14,397 bases of DNA from Verrucomicrobiota bacterium (GTDB lineage Bacteria; Verrucomicrobiota; Verrucomicrobiia; Verrucomicrobiales; DEV007), in assembly GCA_045046875.1 (NCBI GenBank), contig JASFYY010000127.1:1-14397 (forward strand). The letters are read 5' to 3'. A program made the translations under genes and the position numbers. Shown here piece by piece: positions 1 through 7,339 of this stretch (position 1 is its first letter; each line of letters starts with the position of its first letter). The notes beneath the pieces are model-generated. The model was not told the DNA's origin, ran no database searches, and worked only from the letters and a program-made list of their open reading frames with translations.

Positions 1-30
1 ACCGTTGGTGTAAAAGAGATGAAAGCATAC

Positions 31-139
31 TGTCCTGTAAGGACAAAATGTGATAGCCCGGTGCGAAGCGCTGGGGTTAAATCGATTTTATTGCCAGCCC
101 TGAGCCGTAGCGTAGACAGCCGAAGGCAATGGGCGGAAT
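31..139. repeat. REP-like cluster of short hairpins
   Basis: Stems TGTCCT-gta-AGGACA (31-45), CCCGGTGC-gaa-GCGCTGGG (57-75, two G.T pairs) and GCC-gaa-GGC (119-127). The last is bracketed by GCCC (97-100) and GGGC (131-134). The layout recalls GCCCTGAAAGGGC...ATAGCCC-type intergenic repeats; copy number cannot be checked here. Confidence 0.5.
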
Positions 140-460
140 GATGTTGAGGTGTGATAAGGTAGCTTCTAATAGCCAATGGCTAACTTTTTTGTCCTGCAGC
201 CGTGGGGGAAGCAGCCGAGGATTGAGCTTGTGATGGAGATGCTCTAATGGCTAGAATCAAGGTTATCGCCGGATGACTTCCAGATACGATAAGGTATGTG
301 CTGGAAGGTATGCGAACTGACGGTATAGATCACGGATCTGGCTGTGCGAATTGAGCAACGGGCAGTGCGTTATAGTAGCTGAGAGGCAGGACGGGGTTCG
401 AGCCAACAACTGCAGGAGAGGTATCGTATCACTTCTACAGCCTAATTTCCTATCGCCTTC

Positions 461-1714
461 TTATTCCTCAAAAGCCACGCCTGGATTTTCCCCATAGGTG
501 ATATTCACCGTTTTGGCTTTGTTGAGAATCGACAAACGTCCGGCTTCGACTACCAGCTCGTTGAAAAAACTGTTTTCCGGGGTGGCGTGCAGTTCCGCAG
601 CGTCGATTTCTGCGATCAAGGTTTTTCTGGCAGCTAGGTCTCCGGCGTTGGCCACGCGGGCGGCGGTGTTCACTAATTGCTCGACGGCGCGGTAGCCATA
701 ACCCACCGGGCGCAAGCCGTCGCCGTCGCTGCGCTCGATCATTTGAAAGTAGTCAGGATTGACGAGGTGGTGAGCGGTATCGCCGGGGTCTTTGCCGTCG
801 GCGATGGCACAATAACTAGCGCCGCGAAAATAATCGACGTGTTCGATGAAACCGCCGATGCCGGTGGCTTCGTCTTTGGTGTAGAGCTTCATGCCTTGAT
901 CGTTACCGCCAATGGCTTGGTTGGGGTAGGCGATGCCGTTTTGCACATTGAGCACTGCGCCGTTTTCCCACACCACCCGGGCGTCGGTGTAAAGGTAACC
1001 GACATTGCCGTTGGGGAATTTGTCTTCGATACCGTGAACTGAAACCGATACAGGTTTGAGGCCGGTGATGAACGAAACCAGGTCAACATAGTGACAGCCA
1101 ATGTAAACGAAAAAATCGGTCTGGTCGGTGGTGCACCAGTTCTGGAAATTGGAATCACGGTACCACCATTTTTCGTGTAAGCGGGCTTGGCCGAGTTTGA
1201 ACTCACCGAAGTCACCGTTGCGGTATTTTTTGCGCGCGATCCAGTTGCGGTCGTCGTAACGTTTGTGGTATTCAACGCCGACAAAAAGTCCGCGTTCGCT
1301 GGCACGCTGCTGGACGTCGAGCGCTTGTTGGTGGGTCAATACGAGAGGTTTGACGCAGACGATGTGGTGATTGCGATCCAAGGTGTCGCAGATGACCTGG
1401 TAGTGGTTCTGATCCGGGATGGCAATATAGACCACGGATTGCTCAGGCAGTTCATCGAGCACCTTTTTGTAAAGATCGGGATGGGACTCGTCACTGTCAT
1501 CAGCACCCGGTGAGGGGATGAAGGAGTGGCCGGGGAAAGAGGCTTTTAAGTCAGCATCATCAAGTAAAGGGGCGAGGGTGGACTTGCGTCGGGCACACAC
1601 AGTGATGTCACCGATCATGCCTTCGCGTTGCATCTGGTAAAGGGATGGCAAGACTTGAATCCGGCTGATCATTCCGCCGCCGATCAGGCAAACTTGTTTG
1701 GGTGTGGTCGTCAT
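461..1714 (-). CDS. Gfo/Idh/MocA family NAD(P)-dependent oxidoreductase (417 aa)
   Basis: Rossmann motif VCLIGGGMIS, IAIPDQNH, the EKP-equivalent CVKPL, EYHKRYD and YIGCHYVD. Start moved from the TTG at 1750 to the ATG at 1714 (MTTTPKQVCLIG), because that TTG is part of a -35 box. Confidence 0.9.
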   Translation of the reverse strand: MTTTPKQVCLIGGGMISRIQVLPSLYQMQREGMIGDITVCARRKSTLAPLLDDADLKASFPGHSFIPSPGADDSDESHPDLYKKVLDELPEQSVVYIAIPDQNHYQVICDTLDRNHHIVCVKPLVLTHQQALDVQQRASERGLFVGVEYHKRYDDRNWIARKKYRNGDFGEFKLGQARLHEKWWYRDSNFQNWCTTDQTDFFVYIGCHYVDLVSFITGLKPVSVSVHGIEDKFPNGNVGYLYTDARVVWENGAVLNVQNGIAYPNQAIGGNDQGMKLYTKDEATGIGGFIEHVDYFRGASYCAIADGKDPGDTAHHLVNPDYFQMIERSDGDGLRPVGYGYRAVEQLVNTAARVANAGDLAARKTLIAEIDAAELHATPENSFFNELVVEAGRLSILNKAKTVNITYGENPGVAFEE

Positions 1715-1722
1715 AGCCGATG

Positions 1723-1750
1723 ATCTTAGAGCGCGTTGACCGTGAATCAA
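1723..1750 (-). promoter_or_regulatory. sigma70-type promoter of the oxidoreductase (near-leaderless)
   Basis: The minus strand reads TTGATT(1750-1745)-N16-TAAGAT(1728-1723). Only 8 nt separate it from ATG 1714, and there is no SD. Confidence 0.5.
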
Positions 1751-1956
1751 ACGAATCTTGGGGATTTGTATACGCGGGAAAAAGGAGGTGATGGAATTTT
1801 TTGAGGGAGCTAGCCAGTATATAGAGTTTGGAAGGTCGCTATTATTTTTTACTTTTATAGAAATTATAATCGACAGTTTTGCTGAAACTCTTTATTTGTG
1901 AAGGGGTATCAGGTCGTTGCGTTTGATGGCTTTAAAAAAACAGCAAAATAGAGAAC

Positions 1957-2148
1957 ATGAATAATAATACTGAAGAACACTCAAATGAAGAAAATCACTC
2001 GATCGCTCGTCGTCGGGTGATCAAATCCCTGCCTTTCCTTGCGGTTGGTGGCTTGATGGCATTGCTTTCGAGTTGCACTCCGACGCACAATACGGCCCGC
2101 CGCACTAGTCGCCGCACTTCGCGTCGTGTTTCGAGACGCAGGTATTAG
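1957..2148 (+). CDS. Small predicted Tat-exported lipopeptide with Arg-rich RR-x-S repeat tail (63 aa)
   Basis: ARRRVIK twin-arginine-like motif, hydrophobic h-region LPFLAVGGLMALL, lipobox LSS-C40, then CTPTHNTARRTSRRTSRRVSRRRY. The AT-rich upstream region has TATAAT at 1865-1870. The ORF fills an intergenic gap without overlap. Confidence 0.7.
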   Translation: MNNNTEEHSNEENHSIARRRVIKSLPFLAVGGLMALLSSCTPTHNTARRTSRRTSRRVSRRRY

Positions 2149-2161
2149 ATTATTTGTTCCA

Positions 2162-3583
2162 TCAGGCAAACAACTTATCGAAGGGTTTGCCCTGGTTGAT
2201 GGTGGGTTTTTCTTCGGTGCCGTTGTGCATGTAGGTCAGCGCCATGTGGTCAATACCCATGGCGTGTAGGATCGATGCGTGGATGTCGTGCACGTGTTGT
2301 TTCTGATCGATGGCGTAGAGGCCGAGTTGATCGGTGGTGCCGAGGGTTTGGCCACCTTTGATGCCGCCGCCGGCCATCCACATGGTGAACCCCCAGGGAT
2401 TGTGGTCGCGTCCGTCGCCTTTTTCCGACATCGGGGTGCGGCCAAATTCTCCGCCCCAGACGACGAGGGTTTCGTCGAGCAAACCGCGTTGTTTGAGATC
2501 GTTGATCAAGGCGGTGACTGGCTGATCCGATTCGGCACAGCGGTCGGTGTGGTTTTTTTCGATACCTTTGTGGGCATCCCACTTGCTGCCGGTGCCGCAG
2601 AAGAGTTGCACAAAACGCACGCCTTTTTCGACCAGGCGTCGAGCGAGGATGCAGTTTTTGGCAATCGCATCGGTGGGTTTTTGACCAACTCCGTAGAGGT
2701 CCTTGATGTGTTGCGGTTCTTCGTCGATGTCGATCACATCGGGAATTTCCGATTGCATCTTGAAGGCCAGTTCGTAGGAATTGATGCGCGCTTCGAGATC
2801 CGTTTGGAACTCACGTGGAGCGGCGTGTTTGCGATTGAGTTGGTTGATGTAGTTGATTTTTTCCAACTGGCGTTGCTGACTGATACCCGCTGGGGTTCTG
2901 AGGTCAGCGACGGGATTGTCCCCGAACTTAAAAGGGGTGCCCTGATAGGTGGAGGGCATGAAGCCGGTGCCCCAGTTACGGGTGCCATTGAAGGGTTTGG
3001 CATCGCTGTCGGTGAGCACCACATAGGCGGGTAGGTTTTGATTTGCCGAGCCGAGTCCGTAGAGACTCCACGCACCCAGTGAGGGGCGTCCGGCGAGGAT
3101 GGAGCCGGTATTCATTTGGCAAACCGAGCCGACGTGGTTGAGTCCGTCCGCCCAGCAGGAGCGTACCACTGCGATGTCATCGACGATGGTTGAGGTGTGC
3201 GGCAGCCAATCGGATACCCAGGTGCCGGCCTGGCCGTGTTGTTTCCAAGAGCGTTTGCTGCCGAGAATAGGGGAATCCTGTTCGCCCATGGCGGTCAGCG
3301 GACGGCGGAAACTAGGCGGCAGAGGTTTGCCTGCGAGTTTGTTGAGGTCGGGTTTGGGATCAAACAGGTCGATGTGGGAGGGGCCGCCTTCCATGAAGAG
3401 GAAGATGACGGACTTGGCCTTGCCGAAGTAGTTGGGAAGGGGGGCGCTGACTGGTGTTGAGCCGAGGGCTTTGTCCATGCCGAGCAGGTGGGACAAGGCG
3501 AGTGAGCCGAATCCGGCGCCTGATTTGGAGAGGAACTCACGACGTGTGGCAGCAGGGCGGTAATGTGGATTGAATGGGTTCAT
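2162..3583 (-). CDS. DUF1501 family protein, Tat signal (473 aa)
   Basis: Tat leader TRREFLSKSGAGFGSLAL. Family motifs AKSVIFLFMEGGPSHIDLFDPKP, ARRLVEKGVRFVQ, WDAH, WGGEFGRTP and GRDH. Lies in the typical position downstream of a DUF1549/1553 gene. Confidence 0.93.
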   Translation of the reverse strand: MNPFNPHYRPAATRREFLSKSGAGFGSLALSHLLGMDKALGSTPVSAPLPNYFGKAKSVIFLFMEGGPSHIDLFDPKPDLNKLAGKPLPPSFRRPLTAMGEQDSPILGSKRSWKQHGQAGTWVSDWLPHTSTIVDDIAVVRSCWADGLNHVGSVCQMNTGSILAGRPSLGAWSLYGLGSANQNLPAYVVLTDSDAKPFNGTRNWGTGFMPSTYQGTPFKFGDNPVADLRTPAGISQQRQLEKINYINQLNRKHAAPREFQTDLEARINSYELAFKMQSEIPDVIDIDEEPQHIKDLYGVGQKPTDAIAKNCILARRLVEKGVRFVQLFCGTGSKWDAHKGIEKNHTDRCAESDQPVTALINDLKQRGLLDETLVVWGGEFGRTPMSEKGDGRDHNPWGFTMWMAGGGIKGGQTLGTTDQLGLYAIDQKQHVHDIHASILHAMGIDHMALTYMHNGTEEKPTINQGKPFDKLFA

Positions 3584-3606
3584 AATGCAGCAGTGGGTTT
3601 TGTTTT

Positions 3607-3643
3607 AATTGTAGTGGGCAACCGGAGCGGTCGCCCTACAATT
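3607..3643 (-). repeat. GTAG-type REP-like stem-loop between the DUF1549/1553 and DUF1501 genes
   Basis: The minus strand reads AATTGTAGGGCGACCG-CTC-CGGTTGCCCACTACAATT. This is a long inverted repeat with GTAG/CTAC arms and no downstream U-tract. One stem position pairs (G.U) only on the transcribed minus strand. Confidence 0.6.
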
Positions 3644-3655
3644 TGGGTTGATGGA

Positions 3656-6595
3656 TTAATCTATGTAGAGGAATTCGTTGGAGTTGAGCAGGGAGTGGCA
3701 GAGATCCACTACGGATTGATAAAAAGGATCGGCGGGCGTGCTGGCAGGTTTTGGCCCGGAAGGTAACAGGCGAACCAGGTTGGATGGCAAGTTTGCTTTC
3801 ACAAAAGAGAGGTCGCTGAGCGGTTTTTTGCTTTTGGCCCCTTTGATCAGTAATTGCTCGGTTTTGAGCGCATGATCCGTGAGGGTGAAACGGGCGATCG
3901 AGCCGTCGAACATCGAACTGAGTGTCTGATCGCGACCGCCGAGCACCAATGCTCGTTTGGGATTGCTGATGCCAGCCACCAATTGGTGAGGTTTGACCAC
4001 GATTTGTAGCGGGCTGTCTTTTTTGCTAAGATCCTGCGCGTAAAAAGTGACGTCACCGCCGTTTTTACCGGTGCGGATCACTGCGGCCACATAATAAGGG
4101 GTCTGGGTGGGGATGCGCAGGTCGGAGGCGATCACTTGGTAGAGAGGATTGCCGGCGATGTTTTCCGCGGTGAATTGCATGATCAGGTTATTGGGCTGGT
4201 AAGCGGATTTTTTCGAAGTGATACCAAAAGACCAACCGTAGGATTCAGCTGTGCCGCTGCTATTGCCGTTCCAGCGCGAAGCGATGGTGCGCACGGCGGC
4301 ATTGTCGTAGAGCGCATCGAGGTGCAGGTAGGCTTCCAGAGTGAAGGTATCGCTCTCCTGCTGTTTGAGCTTGGTCAGCTCGATTTTTTGATAGAGGGAA
4401 TCGGGCTGGATGTTGACCGCTTGAGTGCTTCGTCCAGCCACCTTTGCTTTAAACGGTTTGAAGGGGGTGGTTTTGATTTTAGGCACCATTTTGTTTGTTG
4501 CCTTTTTTACTGGCGGCGATGTTTTGGCCAGCAGGGCTTGTTGTTTCAAAAAATCCGCAGCCTGGCTGGATTCCTCCGAAGTGGGCTGACGTTTTAATAT
4601 GGTTTCGAAAGCCTGGTCAATCAGTGGGGCCACGTTTGTGTCTTTGGATTTTGTGAGTTGATGGGCAATAGTTTGAGCCCGTTGCATCGGAAAGCGGTTG
4701 TTGAGCATCATCAGCGCTTGCGGAGCGGTGGTGGTGATGTCGCGAGACGAGCAGGAACTAAAACCGTCGGGGCCATCGAAGGTATTGAGAAATAGAGTGC
4801 GCGGGTTGCGCATCAGTTTCTGGTAAACGGCACGGCGCAATTTGCTTTCCGGCACGCCTTCGCCTCCCATTTTAGGGTCGAGTTCCTGACTGCTGGCGAG
4901 CATGGCGTCGTGAATGGATTCACCTTCTAAACGGCGGATGTTTTGACGCCACCAAAGTAGATTGCTGGGATCGTTTTGTGCTGCTGCCATTGAGGGTTCT
5001 ACCAGAGAAGCTTGGCGCCAGGTGGAGGAGGTCATGATCAGTTTGTGCATTTTTTTCAAACTCCAACCATTCTCGGTGAAATTGCGTGCCATCCAGTCGA
5101 GCAGTAGAGGGTGGGTGGGCGGTAAACCTTGTTTGCCAAACTCATTGGTGGAACTGACGATGCCTTGTCCGAAGTGATAATACCACAGACGGTTGACGAT
5201 CACACGAGTGGAAAGTTGGTTGTCGGGGTGGGTGAGCCACTTGGCTAATGCGCTACGCCGTCCGGACGAAGGGTGGTCCAGGTTTTTAGGCGGGCTGAGC
5301 TTGGCGTCATCGGGATCGAGCAGGGTGAGAAACCCAGGCAGCATCGGTTCCTTGTTGTCACTGTCGGCAATGAGAATGGTAGGGGACTCTTGAGAGGTGT
5401 CCCGGATGGCATCCACTGCAATCAGTTCGGCCGGTTTGATAGGGTCGAATTGAGCCAGCTTTTTGACCAACTCGGCATAACGTTTTTTCTCGTCGCCTTT
5501 GAGTTTGGTAGCTGTGGACTTGTGTTTCACATCCACTTGACGTTGGATGAAAAGCTTTTGTTGTAGCTCCCAAGGACTGCAATCTTTGTCCGCTTTGTGA
5601 TAGATTTTCTGGAGGTCAGGGTGAAACATTTTTACTGCCGCTTTGGTTTCACCGGCTTTGCGGGAGGCGAGCAATTTGTCCATGTCTTTACGGATCTCAA
5701 CGGTGGATTTCAGCCATGGTTTCATTGCTTCTGCGTAAGCCTTTTTTTGTTGCGGGGTGGCAGCTACGATGCTGTCATCGGGGTAGATGCCGGCAAAAAA
5801 GGATTTCATCCGGTAGTAGTCATCATGGAGGATGGGATCGAATTTGTGATCGTGACATTTGGCGCAGCCGACACTGAGCCCCATGAAAACGGCACCGGTG
5901 ATGTCGGTGACTTCGTCGGTGATGCCATTCCATTGTTTGACCACATCACGTTGATTGGATTCGTATGGCCACAGACGCAGGTAGCCGGTAGCGGTGATAG
6001 CTGCGGGGTCGTTTGGCGCCAGTTCGTCTCCGGCGATTTGATAACGGGTGAATTGATCGTAGGGCATGTCAGCGTTGAAAGCATCGATCACCCAGTCGCG
6101 GTAACGCCACATGTGCGGGCGGTATTCGTCGGCTTTGTAACCGTTGGATTCGCCATAACGCACGAGATCCAGCCAGTGCCGTCCCCAGCGTTCGCCATAA
6201 TGGGGAGATTGTAACAGACGATCGACCAGTTTTTCCATCGCAGTGTCGGTGTTGGCGGCGTAGGCTTTTTCGAAATCCAGGATTTCCTGATGGCTGGGAG
6301 GCATGCCGATCAGATCAAAAGACGCACGGCGGATCAAGGTGCGGGCATCGGCTTCCTTGGCGGGTTGGATGTTTTGTGTTTCCAGTTTGGCCAGGATGAA
6401 ATGATCTATTTCGTTTTTTGGCCATTTGCTGTTGCTGGTCTTTGGAGTAGCTGGATCGGCCAATTTTTGGAAAAACCAATAAGCGCGCTCTTTTTCATCG
6501 ATGCGTTTCAGGCGGGCCGCTTTGTCGGCGTGGGCCGTGCCCAATCCGATAAAGAGAACGGCAAGCAGGCTGAGGTAGATTTTGATAACAGACAT
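3656..6595 (-). CDS. DUF1549 (PSCyt2)/DUF1553 (PSD1) domain protein with inserted LamG/ConA-like domain (979 aa)
   Basis: Sec signal ending ...GTAHA. DUF1549 motifs IDHFILAKL, LIRRASFDLIGMPP, SPHYGERWGRHWLDLVRY, WRYRDWVIDAFN and GCAKCHDHKFDPI. DUF1553 motifs RRSALAKWL, RVIVNRLW, PTHPLLLDW, WSLKKMHKLIMTS, RRLEGE and TTTAPQALMMLN. LamG-like segment FTLEAYL...FDGSIARFTLTDHAL. C-terminus LCHSLLNSNEFLYID. Confidence 0.92.
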   Translation of the reverse strand: MSVIKIYLSLLAVLFIGLGTAHADKAARLKRIDEKERAYWFFQKLADPATPKTSNSKWPKNEIDHFILAKLETQNIQPAKEADARTLIRRASFDLIGMPPSHQEILDFEKAYAANTDTAMEKLVDRLLQSPHYGERWGRHWLDLVRYGESNGYKADEYRPHMWRYRDWVIDAFNADMPYDQFTRYQIAGDELAPNDPAAITATGYLRLWPYESNQRDVVKQWNGITDEVTDITGAVFMGLSVGCAKCHDHKFDPILHDDYYRMKSFFAGIYPDDSIVAATPQQKKAYAEAMKPWLKSTVEIRKDMDKLLASRKAGETKAAVKMFHPDLQKIYHKADKDCSPWELQQKLFIQRQVDVKHKSTATKLKGDEKKRYAELVKKLAQFDPIKPAELIAVDAIRDTSQESPTILIADSDNKEPMLPGFLTLLDPDDAKLSPPKNLDHPSSGRRSALAKWLTHPDNQLSTRVIVNRLWYYHFGQGIVSSTNEFGKQGLPPTHPLLLDWMARNFTENGWSLKKMHKLIMTSSTWRQASLVEPSMAAAQNDPSNLLWWRQNIRRLEGESIHDAMLASSQELDPKMGGEGVPESKLRRAVYQKLMRNPRTLFLNTFDGPDGFSSCSSRDITTTAPQALMMLNNRFPMQRAQTIAHQLTKSKDTNVAPLIDQAFETILKRQPTSEESSQAADFLKQQALLAKTSPPVKKATNKMVPKIKTTPFKPFKAKVAGRSTQAVNIQPDSLYQKIELTKLKQQESDTFTLEAYLHLDALYDNAAVRTIASRWNGNSSGTAESYGWSFGITSKKSAYQPNNLIMQFTAENIAGNPLYQVIASDLRIPTQTPYYVAAVIRTGKNGGDVTFYAQDLSKKDSPLQIVVKPHQLVAGISNPKRALVLGGRDQTLSSMFDGSIARFTLTDHALKTEQLLIKGAKSKKPLSDLSFVKANLPSNLVRLLPSGPKPASTPADPFYQSVVDLCHSLLNSNEFLYID

Positions 6596-6666
6596 CGGTT
6601 GTTTTTAGTCGGGTGGTTTTGATTGATAAAAGTTTATCCTGACAGGGTTTTAGGCCTGTTTCTGTA

Positions 6667-6698
6667 AGAAGAAGGCAGTTTAATTCCTTTTTTGGACA
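6667..6698 (-). promoter_or_regulatory. Putative ECF-sigma promoter facing the DUF1549/DUF1501 operon
   Basis: The minus strand reads TGTCCAAAAAAG-GAATTAAACT-GCCT-TC-TTCT. Boxes and spacing are identical to the plus-strand copy at 6734-6765. Confidence 0.65.
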
Positions 6699-6733
6699 GT
6701 TTTTTTGAAAAAATATCGTAAATTAAAAAATAG

Positions 6734-6765
6734 TGTCCAAAAAAGCGGGAATAGAGCCTCATTCT
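6734..6765 (+). promoter_or_regulatory. Putative autoregulatory ECF-sigma promoter
   Basis: The plus strand reads TGTCCAAAAAAG-CGGGAATAGA-GCCT-CA-TTCT and ends 13 nt before the sigma ATG (6779). An A-tract lies upstream. Confidence 0.65.
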
Positions 6766-6778
6766 ATATATACAGAAG

Positions 6779-7339
6779 ATGTCCGAGTCAGAACAAAAAA
6801 ATATCCAAAGTGAGCAGGAGGATCGCGAGAGCGGCGAAGATTTCCTGCGTTTGCTCAATGAGCATGAGAAAAAGATCACCCTGTATGTGATGAATCTGGT
6901 TCGTGATCGTGGTGATGCAGAGGATATCCTGCAAGAAAGCAAACTGGTGATGTGGCGGCATTTTCACAAATTTGAACTGGGCAGTAATTTTCTCGCCTGG
7001 GGCAGAAAAATTGCTTTTCACCAGATATTGACCTACCGACGCAAACATAAAAAGCGGGCGGAACTGAGCGAGGCTTTTCTGGAAAGTGTGGCACTGGAGA
7101 TATCGAAGAATGAAGGTGGTTATGATCGGCGCAGCGATGCGCTGAAAAGCTGCGTGACTAAACTTTCCCGCCCCCATCGCCAGATTTTATTGATGCGCTA
7201 CACGCGTGACATGGAAGTGGAAGAGATCGGCCGGGAAGTGGGACGTTCAGAGGGAGCGGTTTACCGTTTGCTCAGCCGGATTCGAATGATGCTGCAGGAT
7301 TGTGTGACTAAAGAAATGGGAAAGGTGGGATTATCATGA
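6779..7339 (+). CDS. ECF RNA polymerase sigma-70 factor, Rhodopirellula/Verrucomicrobium type (186 aa)
   Basis: Region 2: DAEDILQESKLVMWRHFHKFELGSNFLAWGRKIAFHQIL. Region 4: LKSCVTKLS...ILLMRY...EEIGREVGRSEGAVYRLLSRIRMMLQDCV. Confidence 0.95.
   Translation: MSESEQKNIQSEQEDRESGEDFLRLLNEHEKKITLYVMNLVRDRGDAEDILQESKLVMWRHFHKFELGSNFLAWGRKIAFHQILTYRRKHKKRAELSEAFLESVALEISKNEGGYDRRSDALKSCVTKLSRPHRQILLMRYTRDMEVEEIGREVGRSEGAVYRLLSRIRMMLQDCVTKEMGKVGLS

Noticed and set aside
1..141. Open frame 1 from the window start (46 codons)
   Set aside because: It runs through the REP-like hairpins and has no recognisable protein features. An upstream gene may instead end at TAA 11-13, which cannot be resolved here.
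2279..3034. 251-aa plus-strand ORF, plus similar ORFs at 4136-4597, 5597-6214 and 677-1042
   Set aside because: These are antisense shadows of well-supported minus-strand genes, with no recognisable motifs.
6687..6745. 12-bp inverted repeat read as a terminator or transposon end
   Set aside because: The arms are 35 nt apart and lie between divergent gene starts. Similarity continues outward at fixed spacing, so two promoters explain it better.
6634..6942. ORFs 6634-6942 (-) and 6705-6890 (+) across the divergent gap
   Set aside because: They overlap the sigma gene and the promoter motifs and are A/T-tract-derived translations.
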